Shown: positions 1 to 12,904 of the stretch, piece after piece
Layout: each line of letters opens with the position of its first letter
Position numbering within the stretch: the first letter of the stretch is position 1
Translations under genes and position numbers: made by a program
Assembly: GCA_951406725.2 (NCBI GenBank)
Contig: OX597816.1
Span: 107,260,001 to 107,324,000 of the forward strand
DNA length: 64,000 nucleotides
Reading direction: 5' to 3'
From: Octopus vulgaris
Lineage: Eukaryota
Notes under the pieces: generated by a model
What the model was told of the DNA's origin: nothing
Seen by the model: only the letters and a program-made list of their open reading frames with translations
Databases searched by the model: none

Positions 1-700
1 CCTAGGCTTCTTCAGAGGGTCTAAGTGGTTGGGGAGGCTAACACATATAAAAGTCAGTTAAGAATAGTTATGGTGTGTTTTATCCTTTTAAATAGAGTTA
101 GAATAAGAATAAGAGCAAACACGGGAATACAAATGAAGTACAGCATAGTACAATGATGTGGACATAGCAAGGGGAAATAAGGTACAGACTTTCCATGATA
201 TAGTATAAGACCCATGTTATTTCATCCAGTGGTGGGTCGGTGAATATAGCCATTCTCAGGAGGAATTTTTTCAGGAGGGATAATTTTAGGCAGTAGCTCA
301 AATTGTATTTCCATAGAACATTAGTGGTGGGTTTGATGTTATGGTCTGTGTACAGGGGTGAAAGTTTATATGTAAAGTGCCAGTTAGTAGGTGTAGCGTT
401 GCTGAGGGTATGGTATAAGCAACTTATAATGAACCCATCTTATGAGATTTGGTACATTATAATATGTTTATGGTATATGTTTAAACAGTGAGTATTATAG
501 TAAGATATGAGCTGGATTGGGAATTTTTAGGCTGATGAAAGACAAAAGAAGAATTCATAAACAGGGACAAAAATGGACCAGAATGGACAAGGGTTAATGG
601 TTTACATGGCTGTTGGATATCTAGGTGTTGTACTTACCTGTAGTTATTCAATGCTAAAATGTATACTAGTAAGATATAGAATATTAAATATTAAATATTC
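1..700 (-). mobile_element. Possible degraded Penelope-like element 3' region, cut by the window edge
   Basis: The minus strand is A/C-rich like 39880-40300 and ends at the window edge in GACCCT-CTGAAGA-AGCCTAGG, a possible hammerhead core start. No convincing ORF. Confidence 0.3.
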
Positions 701-792
701 AAGGGGTGGCAATGTGTTAGTGTTAATTATGTGTTTTTTTTTTTTTAAATGGATGTTAAATGAAAGTGTTGACATGACTATATATACATCGG

Positions 793-953
793 GTGAAAGA
801 GTACTGCAGGTTTCACCACCACCCGCTGCTGGAGCCTCATGGAGCTTTAGGTCTTTCGCTCAATAAACACTCACATTGCTCAGTCTGGGAATCAAAACCA
901 CGATCATATGACTGTGAGTCTGCTGCCCTAACCTCTGGGCCATTGCATCTCCA
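793..953 (-). mobile_element. tRNA-derived SINE (family 1), 5' part
   Basis: The reverse complement reads GGAGATGCAATGGCCCAGAGGTTAGGGCAGCAGAC...TTTTGATTCCCAG (Pol III A/B box-like). Same family as 55152-55462. Confidence 0.8.
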
Positions 954-1624
954 ATATATTGACCACAAATTCACCAATATCTATAAATAAACAAGTGGGT
1001 GGAAAATATTTCCTTGTCTGTTCCATTTAGAATAATTGAATCATGATTTTAAAGCTATAGTAAATTGGATTTCTGATGTAAGAAAAGATGTGTAGAAGAT
1101 GGAAGGCAAAGATGCATATCTTTAAAGAAGAGGGGGTTACTTGAAATCTTCTGCGTAATTTTGTTTTGGATAAAATTGTAAAGATTGAAATATCCATCCA
1201 TTACCGTTTCTTTGTTATCATTACCTTTGTTGTTGACTTTGGTTCTGATGCTTCCACTATCACTGTCTTCCTCCACCACCACCACCACCACCACCACCAC
1301 CACAACAACAACAGTGCAAACAGTGGCAATGATGATGACGATGATGATGATGATCACCAATAAACACCCATCCACCACTGCTACTTGTTCAAATTTTTTT
1401 CATTACTGTGAAGAATTAAGACTATATGAAAGATTTGACATTTTCTTCAAATGATTTTTCTGTATAGAAAGGTTTTTTTCCTTCTTTTTGTGTTATTTTA
1501 AACTCTGGTTGAGAAAATCTTCATTTGACAACTGAGATGTAACAGAATAGCTTCAATGTTGCTCAAATCCTTTCTGTAACCAAATAAGAATCAGTATTCT
1601 CCAAAACTAACTGGTTCTAAATAA

Positions 1625-1869
1625 TTGCCACATAAAAAGCCCCCTGGCTGGTGCCATGGAAAAGGCACTTGTGTCAGTGCCATGTAAAAAGCACCTAGTA
1701 CCCCCTGTAAAGTGGTTGGCATTAGGAAGGGTAGCCAGCCATAAAAACCATATCAAAGTGAACAATTGGAACCCAGGCAGCTCTCTGGCTGAGCAGTTCC
1801 TGTCTGACCATCTAATCCATGCCGGCATGGAAAACAGACATTAAATCATGATGACAATGATGATGATGA

Positions 1870-1872
<3 letters not shown>
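1625..1872 (+). mobile_element. RTE-type LINE 3' tail repeat ending in (GAT)n
   Basis: GTGGTTGGCATTAGGAAGGG...CATGCCGGCATGGAAAACAGACATTAAA(TGA)n; one of about 15 copies in the window. Confidence 0.75.
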
Positions 1873-1904
<32 letters not shown>

Positions 1905-1906
<2 letters not shown>

Positions 1907-2335
1907 GGAGTAAACACATAAAAGTGAAACAAGGTGGAAAAAAGAGTACTCAAATACCAGTGGTAGAGTAATATGCTTTATTTAAAGCAGCAGAAAATTC
2001 TACACATCTTTTCTTACAACAGAAATCCAATTTACTATAGCTTTAATATCATGATTCAATTATTCTAAATGGAATAGACGAGGAAATATTTTCCACCCAC
2101 TTGTTTATTTATTGATATTGGTGAATTTGTGGTCAATATATTGGAGATGCAATGGCCCAGAGGTTAGGGCAGCAGACTCGCAGTCATAGGATCATGATTT
2201 TGATTCCCAGACCGAGCAATGTGAGTGTTTATTGAGCGAAACACCTAAATTTTGCTAGCAAAAACTGTCCGATGAACGGCAACGGGAAACTCAGGGTAAC
2301 AGGTTTTGTTGAATTTTCTGCTGCTTTAAATAAAG

Positions 2336-2340
<5 letters not shown>
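1905..2340. mobile_element. Foldback element in a (TA)n tract with a hammerhead-like motif and a captured local sequence
   Basis: Arms 1971-2000 and 2311-2340 are reverse complements (1 mismatch). The interior 1998-2249 is an inverted copy of 846-1097. Hammerhead-like motif at 2265-2302. Confidence 0.75.
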
Positions 2341-2371
<31 letters not shown>

Positions 2372-2603
2372 TATCCCAGCCATGCTAACATGGAAGATGA
2401 ACGTTAAATGATGATGATGATATATATATATACATACATGTATACACATATATACAGTCTGATGCAAGCTAAGCAGGTTGAAACTTCAAAGTCACTGTCA
2501 ACTATTCTTGTAAAAGAATAATAAATTTGTACTCTACAAAGTGTTGAGTAACTCTTCAGGTTAATGTAAAATTGTTTTCTGTATAACTTCAAATAAAACA
2601 AGC

Positions 2604-2639
<36 letters not shown>

Positions 2640-2736
2640 ATATAATATAATATAAATAATATATATGCATATATACATACATATATGTACAAACATATAT
2701 ATGTATATGTATATATATATACGCATATACATACAG

Positions 2737-2769
<33 letters not shown>

Positions 2770-3609
2770 GAGGGGGTGAATGTGTTTTACCATTGTCATC
2801 ATCATCAGGTTAACTTATTGAAGTAGTTTTTCTACAGTAGGGTGCTCTTCCTGTCTCCAGCTGTCTCTTATTTAAGAGTAAGTTACTATTTCCTCCAGTC
2901 TTTAAAACAATGGACAGCTCTATAGCCAGACGCATTTTCACAGCAGATGTAAACAAAGACATCATCATATGTACGGTGCTATTGTATTTATGCAGTGCAC
3001 AAACATCAAAACAAAGAGATGACACAATGCATATGCTCTCACACACATAGCTAAACACACTCATGTGCATAGCTAAATGCACTCACATACACAGCTAACA
3101 CATTCTCCCTCACATGCACACACACACACACACATACACACAACCATACAATGAGCTCCTATTGTTTGTATCTACCAATTTCACTCACAAATCATCTGTC
3201 AGCTCAAGGCTACTGCTGAAGAAACCTGTTTTTTGGGCCATACAGTGGAATTGAACCCCAAACTATGTGATTGTGAAAAAAAACTTTTTAACTACACAGA
3301 TATGCTTGTATACACACATATATATTTCATATATATATATATATATATGGAAAGCAGATGTTAAATGATGATGATGATGATATATATATATATATATATA
3401 TGAATTATTAAGATGGCTATTTGCAATTTAGAACTGATAGGCAAGAAGTACAGTCATTACTAAAGTGATGGAGGGTGCTAGTAAGCATCAGCATTGCTAG
3501 AAATAAGAGTCAAAACAACTCTTAGCCACATGAGAGCCTTTTTCTAACAGCTGACAAGTGAGAGAGGCTCCTTCCTTATGACAAGCAAAATGGAATCATA
3601 TATATATAA

Positions 3610-3834
3610 CGAGCTGGCAGACATGTTAGCACGCCGGGCGGAATGCTTAGTGGTATTTTGCCTGTCTCTACTTTCTGAGTTCAAATTCCGCCGAGGTCGA
3701 CTTTGCCTTTCATCCTTTCGTGGTCGATAAATAAAAGTACCAGTTTCACACTGGGGTCGATGTAATCGACTTAATCCCTTTGTCTGTCCTTGTTTGTCCT
3801 CTCTATGTTTAGCCCCTTGTGGGCAATAAAGAAA
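3610..3834 (+). mobile_element. tRNA-derived SINE (family 2; central domain resembles Meta/MESC type)
   Basis: GAGCTGGCAG...GAGTTCAAATTCCGCCGAGGTCGACTTTGCCTTTCATCCTTTCG...CCCCTTGTGGGCAATAAAGAAAT. Closely matches 50742-50973. The domain name is from memory. Confidence 0.85.
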
Positions 3835-3922
3835 TATATATATATATATTGTGTTTTTTTTGTCTGTTTGTTCATGTCTTATAGAACTTTTGCTGATTTC
3901 TTTAATTTTTGGTCTCTTCTAG

Positions 3923-4064
3923 GTAGGTGTTGCTATAGGATTTCTTGTACCTCCTGTGATAATAACAGAAAGTGGTGTTGTAGAAGAAATAGGGCAAGAC
4001 CTGTCACATATGTTCTATGGAACTGCTGGAGTTACAACTGCTCTCTTTCTTTTGTGTTTAGTTG
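3923..4064 (+). CDS. FLVCR2: FLVCR1/2-like MFS transporter (SLC49A), internal coding exon A (equivalent to vertebrate exon 2)
   Basis: Acceptor ttctag| and donor |gtaagt. 142 nt translate to VGVAIGFLVPPVIITESGVVEEIGQDLSHMFYGTAGVTTALFLLCLV, matching the FLVCR motif LGxAxGFLxPP...MFYGT. Paralog assignment (FLVCR1 vs 2) is not resolvable by eye. Confidence 0.93.
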
Positions 4065-4799
4065 GTAAGTACAATGTAAAAGCTTAATTTGTTTTTGTAT
4101 TTGGCTTGCAAGATTCTTCATGTAAAACTGTATCTTGAAAGAGATGTTGTATCTTGAGAAGATCATTATGCCAATATTAAGCACATACACACACATTGGT
4201 TCTATTTCACTTTGTTATTTCTATTTGTCAATTGGTTAATCATTTGACCAATTAACTCACTGACTGCTTGATTCATCGTTTTGTCAGTCAGTCAGTTAGC
4301 CATCTAGGTTTGTCAGAGTCCTTTTTGCTATTTGCAACATCATTGAGGGCATTCCCTCTCTACTCCATGTTTGTCTGTCTCAGTTTACAAGTTCTGTATT
4401 TATATTTATATGGATGTGTGTAAGAATGTGTAAAAATACAAATATAGAACCTGTAAATTAGAACACAGGCAGATTTGGAGTAGAGAGAGCATATCTTTAA
4501 TAAGGCAATGGAAGGACTAAAAAATGTAGATAATTGATTAGTTGACCAAATGATTAATCAGACACGAGTTAATTGATTAATTCACTAACAACAACAGCAG
4601 CAACAACAACAATGACAACAACAACAACAACAAAAGAAGTGAAATAAAACCAGGACATGTGTTTATTTTTTTAGCATAATGACCCTCCAGAGATACAACA
4701 AGAATTGAAGGCTTGTTTTACAACTTTTTTCACATTGTGTAAATCATATTGTTCTTGTGAGATATTCTATGCAGTTTTTATTATTTTTGTTTTTTGTGT

Positions 4800-5372
4800 T
4801 ATTGGTTGTGAAAACTAATATCCTGTCTCGTGTTGTTCTTCAGTGTTTGTCTGACTCACTTCATTGGTGTCCAGCACGCATTCTCTCTAATTTTGGAGAA
4901 TTAAAATTTCTCACAGTCTCTACAAATATTAAGTTTCACAATCTCTGATCTTTCCTGGCATTTCCCATTCATAAGATATCACAAAAGCTACGTCTGAAAG
5001 ACTAGCCCTTCTCTCGAAACCCAGGAAATACTTAATTTCTAAGAGTTTATTGATTATTTTTAAAGTTCAAGTAAAGCCCATACAGGTGTTCCTCCATCTA
5101 GTGTTGTTGTGTTGCATAAAGAAAAAAAAATTAACAAAGCCTCACTTACCAACATACTACGATCACCTACCAGGGTTGGATGTAGTTCTAGTAACTTAAA
5201 CAGTTGCTTGAAATGTCACAGACAGTGGGGTGCCATATATCTGGAATCTTTTAGTTATGAAGGGGAATAGAAAACATTAACAAAAAAAAAATGAAATGAA
5301 AATAACATATGTAAAGTCCTTGAGTGGAGTCAAGCTCCATTGAAAATGTTGAGTAGGTTAGCATGGTAGTGG

Positions 5373-5411
<39 letters not shown>

Positions 5412-5800
5412 CCAGGTCAGGCATAAGGAGATTCATAAAGTTTTCATCAAGAATCTATGGATTAGAAGAGAACGTATCACTTATGTGTGACTTTTCAAGT
5501 GAGTTGACTGTCTGTGATTTGAGGTTGTAACTTCAAATGTTATCATATGGGATGGATCTGGTTCATTCTCAATAGCAAAATGAGCCCCACTTAATTTTGC
5601 TCATATTGCTTTCAATTTTGGTGTATCGATGCAACTCTGATTTTTGATCACGATCAACCAGTTATTTTATCTCATAAATGAAAGAATCTGGTGTTATTTG
5701 GCATTAAAGTTGGAAAATTTGGGTAATTTTTGCCAATCAACAGTGTAGCATTTGCAGCTTGTTACCATGACAACCATATACTGTGGTTGTGCTTCCTTGT
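4800..5800 (-). mobile_element. Possible highly decayed Ty3/Gypsy gag-like relic
   Basis: Broken minus-strand frames give KLPKF, PYDNIxSYNLK and GNARK-like pieces in gag order. Many stops; weak. Confidence 0.25.
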
Positions 5801-8075
5801 TGTCTGTGCTGCTGTTATCTATGTTGATTTTTCACGTTTAATTCTTTACACTATGAGATTCCCCACACACGCACACACGTGTTTTGTTTTTATTTTTCTG
5901 TGTGTTAGTATATTACATATTTTTCTGTGCTTCTGTGTGTTAGTATCTTCCTGTGCTTTTTTCTGTATGTTAGTATTTATCTGTGCTTCTATGTATTAGT
6001 ATTTTTCTGTGCTTTTTATGTGTATTAGTAGTTTTACATATTTTTTATTTCATATATTTTTGGAACTCATTAACTCAGCTGGATTTATGAGTTCACTAGG
6101 TTAATTCTGTTCATAAAAATTTAAATTAGGAGTAGCTTCACATTTCAACAGCTTAACTGAAATTTAGCCCATACAACAGGAACTGAGAGGGATATCGTGG
6201 AACAGAGAAATTGTGGGTGATACAGATAATTTGACATTATTTTTGAATTCTGCATGCAAAAACATATGAGATACAGGTATTCTTTTCCTTGGGACAAATT
6301 CTTTGTTGACCAGTGTTATTCTTATCATAGTTTACAAATCCACACACACACACACACATACACACAAATGCATAAATGTACATATATACTTATATATGAA
6401 TACATACATCCACATACACTTATATATTAATGATGTACACAAATACATGACAGGCATACATAATATTGAAATATGCATTAAGTAAACACATGAAAACAAA
6501 TATATTAATGTAATAAATTTAAAAACAGATAATAAAACCATACAATCAATTAAGAGACGAAAGAAACAGTAAGATGATACATGTTGATTTTATTAGGTAT
6601 TTCTGTTTATTTAGAAACCTACAATGAACAGGTCAGATGCTAAACTCTAAATTTCACAGGGTACAACCTTAAAGTTGATACCACTCTGCTAAACGCAGAT
6701 AATTTCTGTCTCGCTATTGGCTAAAAATACAGTTTTTTCGATTTTTAAACCTCTGTAACTTTTTTCTCCAATTATTTTCTCCACAACATCATACCTTCAA
6801 AATAATGAGACTGGAAGGCTACATTATTAGAGCTGATTTTCAGATTTTTTACTGTCGTTTAAAAAAATGCATATTTTACAAATGAAAAAAATTAGATCCT
6901 ATGGGACATTTGGTTTGAAGATCAAAGACAATTAAAACATGGCACATTTGATCCTGAAGTATGAGATCAAAAGATTTGAACTGATAAACCATTACCAGAA
7001 AACCCCAAAAGATTGAGTGAGGATTGTGATACTATCAAACAAGATATAATTACTTCAGCCATGAAGGTTATTGTTATTTCCACTTTGATCTTTTTTGCTT
7101 CTTGCAGTTGTGGATCATCTATCAGGACTCAGGGTGAGGAGCTGCATACAATGTTTGCAGTTTGTCCTCCTTGTATAAATTTAAAAATAAACCGATATAC
7201 TGTATTTAATGGTATAAAAAAATACACAGGCATATTAGATGCACCTTAATTTCAACAGTGCATTTTCAAGATAAAAGTATTTAGTGCATTAAAGCATATA
7301 GGACATACATTGTGGCCCACTCAGAATACATGCTTCTATTTTGAGAATCAATTCCATAGACTTTGGTTATGAGCCTAGTATCCTTACCGACTAGGCCAGA
7401 AGTTTTCCCACAAAGTGTAATTTCAGTTAAAAAGGTTTAAAGATGAATAAACAAACATTATATTAGAAACATGGTACAAGTAAATCCATTAACTCAGTTT
7501 TCAGCCATATGACTACTACTAATTGTTTTTAATAGAGGCACAAAATCAGAAATTTGGGGGAGGAAGTTTGTTGATTGGTACTTTAATTTATTGACCTCAG
7601 AGGGATGAAAAACAGATTTGAACTTGGTAAGATTTGAACTCAGTATATAAAGACCCAGAGGAAATATTGGTTTCAAATTTTGGAACAAGGCTGGCAATTT
7701 TAGGGAAGGTGTTAAGTTGATTATATCAATCCTAGGACTCAAATGGTACTTATTTTATTGATCCTGAAGTGATAAAAGCAAAGTTGACCTCGGCAGAATT
7801 TGAACTTAGAATGTAAAGACAAACAATATACCACTAAGCATTTTGTCCGGTGTGCTAATGACTCTGCCAGCTTACTACCTTATTCAGAACAAATATTGTA
7901 AGTTATTTTGTCTGATTTTTAATGATTCTTCCAATCTGCTACCCTCATATTTCTAATAATAATAAAAATAAGAAAACTGCTTCATAATTGTCATAGTTCA
8001 GTGGTTCATTGATTTGAATTAAGTATTCTAAATTATTTCTTTTTTCTTAATTCCTTTCAACTCATTATATTCCAG

Positions 8076-8216
8076 GCTTCCAGAAACAACCTCCAGAACC
8101 ACCAAGTCGAGCTCAGATGTTAGCTCTTCAAGCGGGCTTGGGTACCGACAACTATTTGGTCACTCTCTTTCGGCTTTTAAAGAACTGGAGTTATACATTG
8201 CTGATGGTAACATATG
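8076..8216 (+). CDS. FLVCR2: FLVCR-like transporter, coding exon B
   Basis: ttccag| ... |gtaagt, 141 nt, phase 1-1. (G)FQKQPPEPPSRAQMLALQAGLGTDNYLVTLFRLLKNWSYTLLMVTY(G) matches FxxKPxxPPSxAQ...LLLITYG. Confidence 0.93.
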
Positions 8217-9420
8217 GTAAGTAAACCCACGGTGATTTAGACATGAAGAAAATATAATTTGGATACAACATTTGACCTAAACACACAGAATGTAGAGCAC
8301 TGTCAAATTTCTTCTTTATACATATATTTTTTCTTGGTGTGGCTTGGCCAGGTGGAAGAGGTTATGCCCATACTCTGTACAAGCACTCTCAGACCAACAT
8401 CTTTTCCATTCCAGTTCATGCTGGTACAGAATATCTATCAATTGATTACCAATTTCTACATGAGTTATACATAGAATAGCGATACATCACAAAATGTCCT
8501 ATATTATTCTGATATAGAAGGATTAGTATAATAAGATACAGGATGGCCTTGTAATAAGAAGTTTGCTTCCTAACCACATGACTATTGCCTCAGTCTCTCT
8601 GATTGCCACCTTGGGCAAGCGTCTTCTCCTATAGCCTCAGCTGACCAAAGCATTGTGAGTAGATTTGGCTGACGGAAACTGAAAGAAGTGCATGTGTGTG
8701 TGAGTGTCCTTGTCTTGACATTGTCTGAAATTTGTGAATGGGTGTCACTGTCGTACAAGCAGTGTCATTCATTTCCGATTTACTGCAAGAACATTTCTGG
8801 TCAAGGGAAGTATATCTAGCTCTCCTTGGAAACAGGTGAAGGTTGGCAACAGGAAGGGCATCCAGCCAGAGAAAATCTGCCTCAATAAACTCTGTCTGAT
8901 CCTTGCAAGAATAGAAAAGTAAATGTTAAAATGAAATAAGGAATATTATGGCATTCTCACATGAATCTGACATAGACAGGCAAAGCACTTTATCAATTCT
9001 GCATGATCCTGTAAAAATTGTAAAACACTGGTGAGGACAAGTATAAGAACTCAGGTCAGTCATATCACTTTGAAGTAGTTCTATAAATGGTTTGAACCAA
9101 CTTGGAGACTTAATGGATGAGGATTGTAAACTGATCTTATTTCTAAATCTTCTGTGATTCCATACTTAAAATTGGCATCAAGTTATTATTGCTAGCTTTA
9201 AATGAGAAGACTTATAAGCAAAAGTGTTCCAGCTTTGACCATCTTGTTTTCTTGATTGTGTATTGAGAACTACATTATTAAATGTATGTCTTTCTCTTTT
9301 TAAGTGGAGTGTGATTTGAGGGTGATTTGACTTCTATTTTTAGCTGGCCAAAGGATCACATAGAAATCCCTTCTAACAGTTAAGCCAGCTTGCATCACAT
9401 TTTTCTCATTTTTTTATATT

Positions 9421-9779
9421 CATCATCATCATCGTTTAACGTCCATGCTAGCATGGGTTGGATGATTTTGACTGAGGGCTGGCAAACCAGATGGCTGCAC
9501 CAGGTTCCAGTCTTGATTTGGCAGAGTTTCTACAGCTGGATGCCCTTCCTAACGCCAACCACTCCGAGAGTGTAGTGGGTGCTTTTTACGTGCCACCGGC
9601 ACGGGGGCCACCCAGGTGGTACTGGCAACGACCTCGCTCGAATCCTTTTATTCATGCCACCAGCACAGGTGCCAGTAAGGCGACTTTGGTAACGATCACG
9701 CTCGAATGGTGCCCTTTTACGTGCCACTGGCATGGAAGCCAGTTGGCTCCTCTGGCAACGATCACGCTCGGATGGTGCA

Positions 9780-9780
<1 letters not shown>
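9421..9780 (-). mobile_element. RTE-type LINE 3' tail repeat
   Basis: (CAT)n-CGTTTAACGTCCATGCTAGCATGGG...GCCCTTCCTAACGCCAACCAC, plus internal TTTTACGTGCCAC repeats. Confidence 0.8.
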
Positions 9781-9822
<42 letters not shown>

Positions 9823-9907
9823 GTGCTATTTAGCCCCAGGTCATTCCTGATCAAACCAATCTATGGATCTTTTCCTTTTGAACGGCAGTTTTCAACACAG
9901 TTTCTAG

Positions 9908-10244
9908 TTAACCTTTAGCATTTAAACCGGTCATATCTGGCCAAAATATTCAATCCTGTTTTATCTTCAAACTGACCAGATACAGCCCCTTACACTTTTC
10001 CTACAATATTATTCTGAAAATAAACAATCATGTCATTGAAATCTCAAAGTTATAAGGTAATGCATGACTAATTCAAATCAATGCGAATAAATAAGCATTA
10101 CAATTGCTAGATCAGACTGGGCCTGGTGCAGCCTTCTGGCCTCCCAGACCCCTGTTGAACCGTCCAACCCATGCTAGCATGGAAAGCGGACGCTAAATGA
10201 TGATGATGATGAATTGACAGACAAATCTGAATGCTAGAGGGTTA
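9908..10244. mobile_element. piggyBac-type MITE (family A), interrupted by an RTE tail
   Basis: TTAACC(C)TTTAGCATT ... AATGCTAGAGGGTTAA termini. RTE tail at about 10109-10211 is flanked by AATTG. Related copies at 25503-25730, 30895-31587 and 56326-56818. Confidence 0.7.
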
Positions 10245-10526
10245 AGGATTTGTTTAGACCAAAGATGCTCCCAGTTTCTGGAAGGTGGCCAAAATGAATG
10301 CAATTAGGAGTCAGAGGATGTCCTGACTCTATTTATGAGGCAGTAGCTTTTCACTCCTCTTTGAGTGGATTGTCCTTATTTGTCAGATTTCTTTTACTAA
10401 ATTTTTAACCTGTTTATATATATATTGTACTATGACCCACCCAGCACCTTCCTTGTTATATGAATGTACATTGTCACATTTTATTATTATTGAGATGTTG
10501 TTGTTTTGGTTACCTCTTCTATGCAG

Positions 10527-10594
10527 GAATGAACACTGGATCATACTATGCTATCTCAACGTTACTAAACACAGTTGTGTTGAAATACTTCCCA
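10527..10594 (+). CDS. FLVCR2: FLVCR-like transporter, coding exon C
   Basis: atgcag| ... |gtaagt, 68 nt. (G)MNTGSYYAISTLLNTVVLKYFP matches GxxTGAFYSxSTLLN. Confidence 0.93.
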
Positions 10595-10762
10595 GTAAGT
10601 ATGTTTCCTCTATTGATTTGTCTTTTATGTCCATATTGGTGTAGGATGAGTGATTAAGAAATTCACTTCATAACTATGTAGTTCTGGGTTTGATCAAATC
10701 ACATTATGACTCCAATTCTTTATAAATGGGAATTAGTAAGAAGAAACTGTGTGGTATATATA

Positions 10763-11345
10763 TCAGGCTGAGTAAAAAGTAAGCAACATTTTGAAACATG
10801 AAATTCATCACAATATATTTTAACAATGTGGAAATTTTATTCATCAAAGTAAGTACCATTACAGTCAACACATTTTTGCCAATGAGTTACAAATTTGTTT
10901 ATTCAGTAACATAAAAATCTGGAGTTCTGGAGTTGATGAACTCTTTGAACACGCTTTCAACATTGGTTTGATTTGAACTCCTTCTCTTGCAGGAAACCAT
11001 CAAGGTGCTTGAAATTGTTGTAGTCGGTAGCAGAAAGGTCTAGGGAATAAACTGGGTGGGGAAGAACTTCATAGCCAAGTTTCCTCAACTTCTGGAGCAT
11101 CATTAGTGAAATTTGTGGTTGAACATTGTCATGAACAATGATTGGCCCTCTTCTGTTGACCAGTCTTGGACAGTGGAATAGCAGTTTTTCGTTCATTTTG
11201 GCAATTTCATGGCAATATGTTTCTGCAGTAATGACTTTTCTGGGTTTTAAGAAGTTATAGTGGATGAGTCCAGCAGTGCACCACCAAACAGTCACCATAT
11301 CCTTCTTTTTGAAGAGCTTGGATTTAGGGAAGGTTTTTGGTGCCT
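10763..11345 (-). mobile_element. Mariner (DD34D) transposase relic, C-terminal half with terminal repeat
   Basis: ORF 10957-11298 MVTVWWCTAGLIHY...HDNVQPQ...HPVYSLDLSATDY matches mariner HDNA and YSPDLAPxD. The end TA-TCAGGCTGAGT looks like a TIR. Confidence 0.85.
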
Positions 11346-11359
11346 TACAGTGCTAATAA

Positions 11360-12640
11360 TAATGATTTCTGATTTAGGTACAAGTCCAGTAGTTTTCAGG
11401 GAAGCAGGTTAATTGATGCCATTCAACTCAATACTTCTCTGGTACCATATTTTGTTGACCCCGGAAGGATGAAAGGAAAAGCTGACCTCTGGCAGGAATT
11501 GAACTCCAAACATAGATGCAAAAGAAATGCCACAGTGCTCTTAATATTCTGCCAATCTACAATGGATAACAATTTATTTATTAACCAACACAAATAATAG
11601 TTTCTAATATAGGGAGAAGGTTTGAAATTTGGAGAAGGGTTAGTCAGTTAAATCAACTCCAGTTCTTAATGGGTGTTTTATCTTATTGGGCCTGAAGGGA
11701 TGTAGGGCAAAGTTGACCTTGGTAGGCTTTGAATTTAAAATGTAATGAGTTGCAAGAAATACAGCAAGGCATTTTGTCCAATGCTGTGATAATTCTGCCA
11801 ATTTCTTACCCTTAATAATTGCATCTAACATAGGTATAAGACCTGGAATTTAGGGGTAGGAGGAGGTTACTCAATTAAATTTATCTTAATACTTGACAGG
11901 CACTTTATTTTATCAACTGTTTAAGATGAAAGGCAAAGTTGACTTCAGCAGGATTTGAACTCAGAATGAAAAAAATAAAAAGCTAAACGAATACTGCCAA
12001 TCATTTTATTCTATGCTCTAGCAATTGTGCTAATTTCACTACCCTAATAATAACAATTTGTAATGTAAATAAAGGTACAAGGTCTGAAATTTGAGCCAAG
12101 GGTTATTTCGATAAATTGGCCCAGTTCATGACTGGTATTTTCTTTCACCAAGCTTGGAAAGATGAAAAGCAAAGTTAAACCCTGTGGGATTTGCTTTCAG
12201 AATGTAAAAAGTCAGAAGAAATACTGCAAAGTGTTTTATCCCAACTGAAATGATTTGGCCAATTCACTACTCTTTGTTTCTAGCATAAGTGTAAGGCCTA
12301 AAATTTTATAGATAGGAAATTTGCCCAATTAAATCAGCTCAAGCATTTGTCTGGTATTCCACCATTTCTGCCTAGCCCTCACACTTACACAGTGTTAATA
12401 ATAATTGCTAATAAAATTTTGGCACAAGGCCAGAAATATTTTAGTGGTTGGGGATTAGTCTATTGCAATGACCTCCAATACTTGACTGGTTCTTTATTTT
12501 GTTGACATTGAAAGAAAGAAGGGCAAAGTTGACCTTAGCAGTATTTGAACTCAGAATGTAAAGAGGGTGGAAGAAATTCCACAAAGCATTCTATTCTGTT
12601 CCAATGCAGTAATGATTCTGTCAGCTCACCACCTTCGTAG
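11360..12640 (-). mobile_element. Head-to-tail cluster of about five decayed family-2 SINEs
   Basis: The block GATGAAAGGCAAAGTTGACC...TTTGAACTCAGAAT recurs near 11470, 11700, 11925, 12160 and 12520. Confidence 0.75.
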
Positions 12641-12904
12641 AGTTGTTAATAATAATAATAATAACAATGGGTCCTTTTGAGCAGGGTGGGCTACTCAACC
12701 TGAAGAAAATTCTAACTGAGCCCCACCTGCAAGATCATGTGCTGTTTATCTTGATAGAAAATCACCATGTCGCACACATATGGCTGTGATGCATGTGCCT
12801 GGTGTACCCTTATCAGATGGGTTGTCATGATGGGTATATTTTACTCCAGTGTCCCTTTGATGGCATGTGCTGCTCTCTCACTCGATAATGATAATAATAA
12901 TGAC

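Noticed and set aside
3923-3926. Alternative acceptor AG 4 nt into exon A
   Set aside because: It would shift the frame, and there is no evidence of use.
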